Source: Candidatus Multivoradales bacterium
Lineage (GTDB): Bacteria; Acidobacteriota; Thermoanaerobaculia; Multivoradales; J023
Direction: 5' to 3'
DNA: 64,000 nucleotides
Assembly (NCBI GenBank): GCA_965248925.1
Contig: CBDFLE010000006.1
Location: forward strand, 1,408,001 to 1,472,000
Each line of letters opens with the position of its first letter. The stretch's first letter is position 1. The notes under the pieces are model-generated. The model saw only the letters and a program-made list of their open reading frames with translations, had not been told where the DNA came from and searched no databases. Shown one piece after another: positions 26,484 through 35,436 of this stretch. A program made the position numbers and the translations under genes.

Positions 26484-26966
26484 GTAGACGCTGACCACCA
26501 GAGCCACATAGAGCGCCCAGCTGGCCAGCGGCCGCAGGGGTCCGAGTTGGGTGTCGAAGATCAGCAGCGAGATGGCGATCACCTGCACCGTGGTCTTGAC
26601 CTTGCCCGACCACGAAGCAGCGATCACCAGATTCTCGGCGGCAGCGATCGCCCGCAGGGTCGAGATAGCGAACTCGCGGCAGACGATCACCACCACGATC
26701 CAGGCGGGCGCACTGCCCAGCTCGACCAAGGAGATGAAGGCCGCGGAAGTGAGCATCTTGTCGGCGGCCGGGTCGAGCAACTTGCCCAGCCGGGTCACCA
26801 GTCCCCAGCGCCGGGCCAGAAAGCCGTCCAAAAAATCGGTCAGTGCAGCGAACAGGAAGAGGCCGAGACCAACAAACTCTTTGCCCTCAAACTTGGTCAG
26901 CAGCACCACCACCAAGATCGGCACGATCAAGATGCGGATCGAGGTCAGGATATTGGGCAGATTCAT
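26412..26966 (-). CDS. pgsA: CDP-diacylglycerol--glycerol-3-phosphate 3-phosphatidyltransferase (start may extend to 27062)
   Basis: MNLPNILT; TDFLDGFLARRWGLVTRLGKLLDPAADK CDP-alcohol phosphotransferase motif. Confidence 0.93.
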   Translation of the reverse strand: MNLPNILTSIRILIVPILVVVLLTKFEGKEFVGLGLFLFAALTDFLDGFLARRWGLVTRLGKLLDPAADKMLTSAAFISLVELGSAPAWIVVVIVCREFAISTLRAIAAAENLVIAASWSGKVKTTVQVIAISLLIFDTQLGPLRPLASWALYVALVVSVYSGIEYGVRYGRIFFGASSQPRGH

Positions 26967-27116
26967 CGGCCCAGGCGCGGTAGCCGGATCGGAGATGTCA
27001 GTAGAAGTCAATGTCTCAGGTCCAGAGGTTTGCCCACCGCGGGTCGCGACTTGGTGAGTCATTGCGGCAGGCTTCTACCAGGCTGATTAGCCACTAATTC
27101 CCGACTTGGACACCGC

Positions 27117-27869
27117 TCAGCGCGGCGGGTCGGTAGTGACGACAATCCTGTTGTTGGCGTCGCGAGTGATGAAAACCTGCCGCCCGGCGGGTCTCTGGCG
27201 ACGCACCTCGCGCTCTTGCTCCCGCGCTCTGCGCCAAGATTTGTAACGCGCCTCGGCCCGCAGGTCCGCCGATGCCGGCTGGCCGCGATAGAGGCTCAGG
27301 ACCTTGTTGATGTACTGGTGAGTCTCAGGAAACGGCGGGATTCCCGAGTATTGCTCCACCCGATGGGGCCCAGCGTTGTAGGCCGCCAGCGCCAGCTCGA
27401 GACTACCGAAGCGATCGAGCAGGCGACGCAGATAAAGAGTGCCTCCGCGCAGATTCTGATCCACATCATAGGCACTGCTCACCCCAAGTTCGGCGGCGGT
27501 CGGCGGCATCAACTGCATCAATCCCATCGCCCCCTTGACCGAGCGTGCTCGCGGATTGTAGCCCGACTCGACTTGCACCAGCGCCTGCACCAAGCGGGGA
27601 CTAAGGCTCTGGCGCCTGGCGTGGTACTCGATCCGTCGCTGGATCTCAGCGTCCGGCACCGCCACTAGTCGCGCCGACGCCCGGCGCGCGAGCTGCTTAG
27701 GGCTCTCGTTGTAGATCAAGGACTTGCCGTTCGGCAGCTTCTTGACTTTAATCTCGGCAGCGGCTTGCCCAACCCACCCCAACATCACACAGCAAACGGC
27801 CAACAAGCCACCGGCCAGAGGGAGAGGTCGTCTGAGATTTTGATATCGCATCGTTCGAGTCGCTGCCAT
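27117..27869 (-). CDS. Lytic transglycosylase (SLT domain), exported
   Basis: VESGYNPRARSVKGAMGLMQLMP, ALAAYNAGP, PPFPETHQY. Confidence 0.9.
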   Translation of the reverse strand: MAATRTMRYQNLRRPLPLAGGLLAVCCVMLGWVGQAAAEIKVKKLPNGKSLIYNESPKQLARRASARLVAVPDAEIQRRIEYHARRQSLSPRLVQALVQVESGYNPRARSVKGAMGLMQLMPPTAAELGVSSAYDVDQNLRGGTLYLRRLLDRFGSLELALAAYNAGPHRVEQYSGIPPFPETHQYINKVLSLYRGQPASADLRAEARYKSWRRAREQEREVRRQRPAGRQVFITRDANNRIVVTTDPPR

Positions 27870-27999
27870 TTTCGGCCAACGGACCCAGCATGTTACACGC
27901 TGGCCACCTCCTTCGCCAACTCCTGACCGATTTTCACTCCTGACTCAGCACTCAGGGTGGCCGGGATTCGACCGTCGCAAGCCGCGGGCCAGGGGCCGG

Positions 28000-28157
28000 T
28001 CAGCCTGCTTCTAGCTGCTCGCCAACCACCCGCGGCACCGCCAACAGTAGCTCGGGCAACTGCTCCGGCTGCTTGCCGCCGGCCTGGGCGAAATCGGCTC
28101 GGCCGCCCCCCCGGCCGCCGACCACAGCCGCCAACTCGGCAACCATCTTGCCGGCGT
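28000..28157 (-). pseudogene. alaS: Orphan second copy of the alaS 3' end (about 50 codons plus stop)
   Basis: Translates AGKMVAELAAVVGGRGGGRADFAQAGGKQPEQLPELLLAVPRV, near-identical to the alaS C-terminus but ending VGEQLEAG. Confidence 0.9.
28028..28157. repeat. 130-bp direct repeat, copy 1 (copy 2 at 30920-31049)
   Basis: Manual alignment at offset 2892 with a single mismatch (28043 A vs 30935 G). Confidence 0.92.
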
Positions 28158-28163
28158 AGACGT

Positions 28164-30737
28164 CTAGACCGAGGGCAAAGACGGCCCTTCGCTGTATGGG
28201 CCGAGAAATCGCTCGCCATCGAAGTGAACCAGATGCTCTGGAGCGTCTGCCACCCAGACTTCCGTTTCCCAAGCTATTTTCGGCAAATACTCCCGCATCG
28301 CGACCCGGTCGAGGAAGGCCGTCACAAAGACCAGACCAGCTGTGGCACCTTCGAATAGGTCCTTGAGTTGAAGGTGCCGCACAAGATTCACTGGGCCATG
28401 AGAGGTGACGGCCTCAATGAGGACAAGCCAATTGCGATCAACGTGATGAATCACCACATCCGGCATCTTGCCATGAGGGTCAATCTCCACCCTTAGGCCT
28501 CGCAGATAGTCGACCTCGTAGAGCAAGTGCTTCTTGCCAGCATCGCCAACGTAGACGACTTTGCCGCCAGGGGTGAACCACGGCGCAAACTGCTCGACGA
28601 TCTCCTTCACCAGCAGGTTCTGGCCACCCGAAGTGAGTTCTAGCGTCCGACCCCCAGGAAGGGACACTGGGATGCGATTCATCTCGCGATCTCTCTGCCG
28701 TAGACGGTTCTTCTCGGCTACCGAGTCGAGATAGGGGGCTAGCTTAGTAGCCCACGCTTCCGTTGCAAAAGAGCGGAAGAATTCAAGCGCCACCGGTTCG
28801 ATCTGGTAGACAGTCTTGGGACTGTTCGTCGGCCGCTCAGGATCGTCCGGATTGAGCAGAACCAGGCCCATCTCGATGAACTGGTGCAGCGTGTAGCGGC
28901 GAATCGTCTCCCGCGTGTTGGGTGCGTACTTCTTGCCGTAATTAGAGGCCATCCAGTCCATGATCTCGGTAACACCGCGCAGCGGTGCCTCAACCGAGAC
29001 CCATTGAGCCCCTGGAACGAGATCGAGTAACCCCAGAAGAGTAAGTGCTGACCGTTCGTTACATTGATCCCTCGGCGCCTCCAGCGCCTTCAGAATGTCC
29101 TCAGCAGCCCGCACCCGTCGTTTCGCCCTAACGGGGTCGTTTCCTCCACTCATCACCGAAACCTCACTCCTCACAAGTCGGTTGATCTCACCTTGGGTCA
29201 ACTTCGACTGCCCCATAGGGCGGCCCAATCGTTCGAGCTCTTCGACATCCGGAAAGCGAAGTGAGCGCAAATCGCTGGCATTGACCTGGGTGTGGCCGCT
29301 GAACTGCCGGAAGTAGGCATCCACCGCGGTGCTGTTCAAGAAGACTGCAATTCCCTTGGCGAGAAGTTCGGGAAGCCCCGCCTGCTTGCGGTGGAGCACG
29401 TTCAACTTGTTGTCGAAGGCGACCTGCTCGGCGTCAACGCGAGAAGGGTCGTACAGCGCGGCGACAACGCGGCGCCTCTCCTCCTTGGCACTGAATCGGT
29501 TGACGAGAACGTACCAGCCCGCTGGAAGAAGCAATTCATCGTCAGGGCCAGTTACGGCCAGAGCATTCGGCTTTGAGTCAGAATTCAGTGGCCAAGCGGC
29601 GAATCCTGTAGCGAGATGCCGAGGGAAAATCAGCGGTGCATCTCCCTCCTGGGGCATGTTGTGCAAGCGTTCCTTGGCACGAAAGCCAACCACACGACCC
29701 GTCGACACCGAAATACCCAACTCGGCAAGCGACCTCGGTAGACACCGCATCTTTTCTGCAATGCATGCATCCAACTCATCAGGAACTACGTGGAAAACGC
29801 AATCTGGGTCGTCGGGCAGGATCAGTTCAGTCGACTCGATAGAGCGCTCGACCGGGCCCTCATCCATGGGCCCGAGCGAGGTGGTGATCTTGACCTCGCC
29901 ACGAGGACCGCCCCGAATTCCATGGAAGATGACGTTCTCTTGCAGAACTTCGTCGCCGGCGAAAGCAACATCGCGGGCTTCATAGACATGAACCCGGCGG
30001 AACGCCAGTTGATGGGATAGCGCTTGGCGAAAACGGCGGAAATAGGGCCCATTCATGAAACTCCGTGGGGTGATGGCCACCAACTCGCCGCCCTCCTCGA
30101 GAAGCTCGAGAGCGAGCCAAACAAACGCCGAGTAGAGGTTGCTAGTCTCAAGTCCAGCGGCACTCAGGCGCGCCCGCTCTACACTGTCGCTTCTAAGCTT
30201 GCGGTATGGCGGATTCAGGATCGCGACGTGAAAGGAACAGCGCTCCTGCGGCGCGAAGAGGTTGCCGCCCATGATTTGCTGGGTAGCACCGAGAATGAAG
30301 TTTTCCTGATGAAGCTCAGCGGTGAACCCAACGCCTGCGGCGCGACAAACGGCATCACAATGCTCGAAAGTTCGGGCCAAATCTCCAGCCAGCAGCTCAT
30401 CGATTTCCCAGACAGTAGTGTGTATGGCTGAGGGTCTATCACTCTTGGGTCTGGCGCAAATCTCGGCGATCGCCGCGGCCGTGAGAATACCGTTCCCCCC
30501 TCCAGCATCGAGAATGCGAAGCTCGCTGGGCGGCTCGGGCAGCCGTAGCATTGCAGCCATGAAGCGGGCCACGCTCTCTGGGGTGAAGAACTGGCCGAGA
30601 TCTGAACGTCGCTTTGGGTCGGCAGCCAGACGATTGGAGATATCTAGCCGCTCAAGATCAAGCCGTTCGGGAAGGTTGGCCGCGGTGACAACCCCAAGGA
30701 CGCCCCTGTTGTGTAGTTTTGCACTAAGAAGAGTCAT
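28164..30737 (-). CDS. Fused N6-adenine DNA methyltransferase and BsuBI/PstI-family type II restriction endonuclease
   Basis: LGQFFTP, ILDAGGGNG (motif I), NPPY (motif IV), FSGHTQVNASDL; endonuclease part NERSALTLLGL, YAPNTRETIRR, HGKMPDVV...IEAVTSHGP, IAWETEVW. Confidence 0.88.
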   Translation of the reverse strand: MTLLSAKLHNRGVLGVVTAANLPERLDLERLDISNRLAADPKRRSDLGQFFTPESVARFMAAMLRLPEPPSELRILDAGGGNGILTAAAIAEICARPKSDRPSAIHTTVWEIDELLAGDLARTFEHCDAVCRAAGVGFTAELHQENFILGATQQIMGGNLFAPQERCSFHVAILNPPYRKLRSDSVERARLSAAGLETSNLYSAFVWLALELLEEGGELVAITPRSFMNGPYFRRFRQALSHQLAFRRVHVYEARDVAFAGDEVLQENVIFHGIRGGPRGEVKITTSLGPMDEGPVERSIESTELILPDDPDCVFHVVPDELDACIAEKMRCLPRSLAELGISVSTGRVVGFRAKERLHNMPQEGDAPLIFPRHLATGFAAWPLNSDSKPNALAVTGPDDELLLPAGWYVLVNRFSAKEERRRVVAALYDPSRVDAEQVAFDNKLNVLHRKQAGLPELLAKGIAVFLNSTAVDAYFRQFSGHTQVNASDLRSLRFPDVEELERLGRPMGQSKLTQGEINRLVRSEVSVMSGGNDPVRAKRRVRAAEDILKALEAPRDQCNERSALTLLGLLDLVPGAQWVSVEAPLRGVTEIMDWMASNYGKKYAPNTRETIRRYTLHQFIEMGLVLLNPDDPERPTNSPKTVYQIEPVALEFFRSFATEAWATKLAPYLDSVAEKNRLRQRDREMNRIPVSLPGGRTLELTSGGQNLLVKEIVEQFAPWFTPGGKVVYVGDAGKKHLLYEVDYLRGLRVEIDPHGKMPDVVIHHVDRNWLVLIEAVTSHGPVNLVRHLQLKDLFEGATAGLVFVTAFLDRVAMREYLPKIAWETEVWVADAPEHLVHFDGERFLGPYSEGPSLPSV

Positions 30738-30891
30738 TTTCGGCCGCCATCTCCGAATCGCACTCAGTGTCTGGTCAAGCTCAACCCGGGTGGATTCGCC
30801 GCGGTAAGTCTATCCGAAGAACGATCGGCAGCGCCCGTCGCAACCAGTTCCCCCTTGTGGGCTTGATTCCGGCCAGTCCAGCCCGCATAAG

Positions 30892-33549
30892 TCAACTGTC
30901 CGCAAGCTGCCGGCTGAGAACCCGCGGCACCGCCGACAGTAGCTCGGGCAACTGCTCCGGCTGCTTGCCGCCGGCCTGGGCGAAATCGGCTCGGCCGCCC
31001 CCCCGGCCGCCGACCACAGCCGCCAACTCGGCAACCATCTTGCCGGCGTGCACCCGGCCGATCAAGTCTTTGGACACGGTCACCACTACGCCGACCTTGC
31101 CTTCGCCGCGGCTGGCCAACACGACGACTCCGGAGCCCAACTTGTCGCGCATTGAATCGGCCAGGCCGCGGAGTTCTTTGACCGCCGCCCCCGGCACTTC
31201 CCGCGCCACCACCTGGATTCCCTCGACGTCGCTCTGTCCAGCGCTGGAGCTGCCGCCAGAGAGCATCTTGCGCCGCAGCCCGGTGACTTCTGCTTCGAGG
31301 TCCTTGACTTTCTTCTTTAACGCCGCGGCCTCCTGCGGAGCACGCTCGGCCGAAGTCGAAAGGCTGGCCTCGACCTCGCCCAGCAGTGCCTCGCGGCGGC
31401 GTAGCAAAGTCATCGCGCCCTCGCCTGTGACCGCCTCGATGCGCCGTACTCCAGAGGCGACACCGCGTTCGCCGGTGAGCAGCAATAGGCCGATCTCGCC
31501 GCTGTTGCGCACATGACAGCCACCACACAGCTCAAGGCTGAAGCCCGGCACTTCGACCGTGCGCACTCGATCGCCGTACTTCTCGCCAAATAGAGCCATC
31601 GCTCCAGCCTCGCGGGCTTCATCGTAGCCGCGCTCGGTGATCTGGGTGGGGGTGGCGCGGCGAATCTGCTGATTGACCCGGTTTTCGATGCGCCGCAACT
31701 CGTCGGCAGTCACCGGCCGGGGATGGGTGAAATCGAATCGCAGCCGCTCAGCGGCCACCAACGAGCCGGCCTGCCGCGCCGCGCCGCCGAGCACCTCGTG
31801 CAACGCTCCGTGCAGCAGGTGGGTAGCGGTGTGATTGCGCTCGATCGCCAAGCGACGATCGCCATCGACCCGCAAGTCGACAGCCCGCCCGGCGGCCAGC
31901 TGGCCGCGCTCGACTTCGAGGAAGTGGAAGAAGCTGCCGGCGGGATCTTTCTGCGTGTCGATAACCCGCGCCAGGCCACCAGGCCAGGACAGCTCGCCGC
32001 AGTCGCCCACCTCACCGCCAGATTCGGCATAGAACACGCTGCGGTCGAGCACTGCCACGCCACGCTCGCCACCGCCCAGACTAGTCGCCACCCGCGCCGA
32101 ACCATCGGCATCCAGGCGCGCCAAGCGCACCACCATGGCACCGTCGAGCTCGGTGGCGGTGTAGCCGACGAATTCCGTCGCCCCTGGTTCACCGACCCCA
32201 TAGACCGCCTCGCGCAGACTGGCCATGCGGCGCTGTAGCTCGCCGGTGGTATGGCGGGAACTCTCGCGGCGCGCGGCCAGATGGCGCTCGAAACCTTCGA
32301 TATCGACCTCGAGCTGCTCTTCGGCGGCAATCTCACACACCGTGTCGAGTTCTTGGCCGTAGGTGTCGTAAAGCTGAAAAATTGCCTCGCCGGACAACAC
32401 TCCTCGCCCTTGCTGGCGCGCGCCTTCGATGGCTTCCTGTACTCGTCGAGCGCCGCTGGCCAGGGTGTTGAGATACTTCTGCTCTTCCTCGCGCACGGTG
32501 GCCGTGGTGGCGGTTTCAGTCTCACCGAGTTCGCGGTAGTGGTGGCCGAGCATCTCTCCCACCAACGGCACCAGGCGGTGCAGAAAAGGCTCTTCAAAGC
32601 CTAGTCCCATACCGTGGCGCACCGCGCGGCGCAGTAGCCGACGGAGCACGTAGCCACGTCCATCGGGACCGGGAATGACCCCATCGGCAAGCATGAAGCT
32701 CGCCGCCCGCAGATGGTCGCCAACCACCCTCAAGGAGACATCGGCCCGATCGTCGCGGCCATACTCGGTCCCGGCCAGGGCGGCGGCGGCACGCAGCAGC
32801 GGCTGGAAGAGGTCGGTATCGTAATTCGAAGCCACCCCCTGCAGCACCGCCGCCACCCGCTCGAGTCCGGCGCCGGTATCGATCGACGGATTGGGCAACG
32901 GCTGTTGCTGGCCGTCGGCAGTGCGCTCGAATTGCATGAAGACCAGATTCCAGATCTCGACATAGCGCCCGTTGTCGTTGCCTAGATGGAAGTCGATCTG
33001 GGGCAGCTCGGGCTGAAGGTCAACAAAAATCTCACTGCAAGGGCCACAGGGACCGGTCTCACCCATCGACCAGAAGTTGTCCTTGGCGCCACAGCGCACG
33101 ATGCGTTCGGCCGGCAGACTGGACAGCTGGCGCCACAGCTTGGCGGCTTCGTCGTCGTCCTCGAAGACGGTGGCGAAGAGCCGCGCAGCCGGCAACTCCC
33201 AGACCTCGGTGATCAGCTGCCAAGCAAAGCGAATGGCGTCTTCCTTGAAGTAGTCGCCAAAGGAGAAGTTGCCCAGCATCTCGAAAAAGGTGTGGTGACG
33301 AGGGCTGGGGCCGACATTTTCCAGGTCATTGTGCTTGCCCGACACCCGTAGACACTTCTGTGCCGTCACCGCGCGAGAATGCGGCGCTTCCTCGTTGCCG
33401 AGGAAGATGTCTTTGAACTGCACCATCCCGGCGTTGACGAACATCAGTGTCGGATCGCCCTGCGGCACCAACGGCGCGCTGGCCAGCGGCTGGTGGTCGT
33501 GCTGGCTGAAGTAGTCGATGAAACTCTGACGGATATCCTGACTCTTCAT
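30892..33549 (-). CDS. alaS: Alanine--tRNA ligase
   Basis: DPTLMFVNAGM, HHTFFEMLGNFSFGDYFK, DTGAGLER, NHTATHLL, ELCGGCHV, GGRGGG. Confidence 0.98.
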   Translation of the reverse strand: MKSQDIRQSFIDYFSQHDHQPLASAPLVPQGDPTLMFVNAGMVQFKDIFLGNEEAPHSRAVTAQKCLRVSGKHNDLENVGPSPRHHTFFEMLGNFSFGDYFKEDAIRFAWQLITEVWELPAARLFATVFEDDDEAAKLWRQLSSLPAERIVRCGAKDNFWSMGETGPCGPCSEIFVDLQPELPQIDFHLGNDNGRYVEIWNLVFMQFERTADGQQQPLPNPSIDTGAGLERVAAVLQGVASNYDTDLFQPLLRAAAALAGTEYGRDDRADVSLRVVGDHLRAASFMLADGVIPGPDGRGYVLRRLLRRAVRHGMGLGFEEPFLHRLVPLVGEMLGHHYRELGETETATTATVREEEQKYLNTLASGARRVQEAIEGARQQGRGVLSGEAIFQLYDTYGQELDTVCEIAAEEQLEVDIEGFERHLAARRESSRHTTGELQRRMASLREAVYGVGEPGATEFVGYTATELDGAMVVRLARLDADGSARVATSLGGGERGVAVLDRSVFYAESGGEVGDCGELSWPGGLARVIDTQKDPAGSFFHFLEVERGQLAAGRAVDLRVDGDRRLAIERNHTATHLLHGALHEVLGGAARQAGSLVAAERLRFDFTHPRPVTADELRRIENRVNQQIRRATPTQITERGYDEAREAGAMALFGEKYGDRVRTVEVPGFSLELCGGCHVRNSGEIGLLLLTGERGVASGVRRIEAVTGEGAMTLLRRREALLGEVEASLSTSAERAPQEAAALKKKVKDLEAEVTGLRRKMLSGGSSSAGQSDVEGIQVVAREVPGAAVKELRGLADSMRDKLGSGVVVLASRGEGKVGVVVTVSKDLIGRVHAGKMVAELAAVVGGRGGGRADFAQAGGKQPEQLPELLSAVPRVLSRQLADS
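30920..31049. repeat. 130-bp direct repeat, copy 2 (within the functional alaS)
   Basis: See copy 1. Confidence 0.92.
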
Positions 33550-33609
33550 GGTGAGATTTCCCAAGACTGAAAGCTATCGATCACGAGCCAGAGCTGGACC
33601 CAGGGCTCT

Positions 33610-34086
33610 TCAGAGGTCTTCTGAAAGCTGTTCGGCGGACTCGGGACCCGTGCTGCGGAGCGCGGCGAAGATAGCACGGCGAGAGAACCCGCGGCGCTCG
33701 AGATAGCGCGCCAAAGCCGCCGATTCGCCGCTCGGCCGACGCGCCCACCAGCCGCGAGCGCTCTGCTCGGCAAGCTCTGTATCGTTCTCAGGGCAGACAT
33801 CATCGAGAGCTTGATCAGCAATCTCGGCATCGACCCCGCGGCGCAACAGGTCGGCAAAGAGTCGCCGCCGGCCAAGCCCTTGGCGGGCTAATTTGCTGCG
33901 CGCGAAGTCCCGCGCCAGGGAAGCGTCATCAAGCCAGCCAGCGGATTGCAGGCGATCGAGAGTGGCATCGAGGTCTTCGCGCCCGTAACCCCGCCGGCTC
34001 AACTTGGTGGCCAGCTCACGGCGAAAATGGGGCCGCCGAGCCAGCAGCTCGATCGCCTTGCCGTAACTGGTCGGCGTTTCAGCCAT
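33610..34086 (-). CDS. recX: Regulatory protein RecX
   Basis: LLARRPHFRRELATKL, GWLDD, LRRGV, YLERRGF; directly upstream of alaS. Confidence 0.88.
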   Translation of the reverse strand: MAETPTSYGKAIELLARRPHFRRELATKLSRRGYGREDLDATLDRLQSAGWLDDASLARDFARSKLARQGLGRRRLFADLLRRGVDAEIADQALDDVCPENDTELAEQSARGWWARRPSGESAALARYLERRGFSRRAIFAALRSTGPESAEQLSEDL

Positions 34087-34094
34087 CTGCTAAC

Positions 34095-35273
34095 TCAGCC
34101 CAAGCGTTCGATTTCGAAGCTTGAGTCTTCCTGCAGCACACCGTCCTCGCCACCATCGAGCTCCATGCCCTCTTCCATCTCCTCGCGAGCCACGTCCGAG
34201 GTGAACTGTACTCCGGCCACCTTGAGTTTGAACTCATCCGGGTTGGTGGCGCGGCGCAAAGCCTCGTCGAGGGTGATCAGACCACCCTTGAAGAGGTAGT
34301 ACAACGATTGATCGAAGGTTTGCATGCCGTATTGGCTGGTGCCCAAGGCGATCTGCTCACGGATGTACTTGGTCTTCTCTTTGTTCTCGATGCAATCGCG
34401 GATGTAGGGAGTGGTAACCATCACTTCGCAAGCCGGTACCCGCCCCATGTCATCAGCCCGCGGCACCAAGCGCAGCGAGACGATCGCCTTCAGCACTTGG
34501 CCGAGCTGGATGCGGATCTGCTTCTGATGGTGCGGTGGAAAGACCGAAATGATGCGATTGATGGTCTCAGCGGCATCCAAGGTGTGCAAAGTCGAGAACA
34601 CCAGATGGCCGGTCTCGGCCGCCAACAAAGCGGTCTCGATGGTCTCGTAGTCGCGCATCTCGCCGACTAGCACCACATCCGGATCCTGACGCATGGCGGC
34701 GCGCAGAGCCTGAGCGAAAGTGCGGGTGTCGACATCGATCTCGCGCTGATTGACCAGTGATTTCTTGTCCCGGTGGAGGAACTCGATTGGGTCCTCGATG
34801 GTCATGATGTGCTCGCCGCGGGTCGAGTTCACATAGTCGATCATCGCCGCCAGGGTGGTCGACTTTCCCGAGCCGGTGGTGCCGGTACAAAGCACCAAGC
34901 CGCGACGCTCCTCGGACACCTTCTCCAACACCTGCGGCAGCATCAGCTCGCGAATGGTCTTGATCCGCGCCGGAATGACCCGCAGAACCATGCCCACCGT
35001 GCTGCGCTGCTGAAAGACGTTGCAACGAAAGCGCCCCAGCCCCGGCACCGAATAGGCGATATCGATATCGAGCTCTTCCTTGAAACGCTGCTTCTGCCGC
35101 GCGTTCATGATCGAGTAGGCCATCGACAGGGTGTCTTCCTGCATCATCCGCTTGAGTTCGGACATCGGCTGTAGCTCGCCATCGACACGGATCACTGGAT
35201 GACTACCAACTTTCAGATGCAGATCCGAAGCCTTGCGCTCGACTGCGAGCTTGAGGAGGTCGTTGATGTTCAT
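34095..35273 (-). CDS. pilT: Type IV pilus retraction ATPase (PilT/PilU family)
   Basis: ASDLHL, GTTGSGKSTT, TIEDPIE, RQDPDVVLVGEMRD, AETGHLVFSTLHT, GMQTFDQ; the AIRNLIRE position reads YIRDCIEN. Confidence 0.9.
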   Translation of the reverse strand: MNINDLLKLAVERKASDLHLKVGSHPVIRVDGELQPMSELKRMMQEDTLSMAYSIMNARQKQRFKEELDIDIAYSVPGLGRFRCNVFQQRSTVGMVLRVIPARIKTIRELMLPQVLEKVSEERRGLVLCTGTTGSGKSTTLAAMIDYVNSTRGEHIMTIEDPIEFLHRDKKSLVNQREIDVDTRTFAQALRAAMRQDPDVVLVGEMRDYETIETALLAAETGHLVFSTLHTLDAAETINRIISVFPPHHQKQIRIQLGQVLKAIVSLRLVPRADDMGRVPACEVMVTTPYIRDCIENKEKTKYIREQIALGTSQYGMQTFDQSLYYLFKGGLITLDEALRRATNPDEFKLKVAGVQFTSDVAREEMEEGMELDGGEDGVLQEDSSFEIERLG

Positions 35274-35436
35274 CGAAACATCCCTTGGGGGGTGGTTGCG
35301 GAGTGGAAAACAGCGAAATCGCCGCAGCTAGGCTAGCACAGAGGCCGGAGTGCAGAATCTCACTCTGTCAGCATGCTCTGAGGACCGACCACGGTGCTAA
35401 ACATCACCACAAGGCCAGCGGCGAAGACGACAGCAT

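Larger units (their letters stand above)
28158..31049. mobile_element. 2892-bp restriction-modification cassette at the alaS 3' end with a long target duplication; no integrase or transposase
   Basis: Bounded by the 130-bp direct repeat; contains only the R-M gene, its upstream region and one alaS 3' end. Confidence 0.75.
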
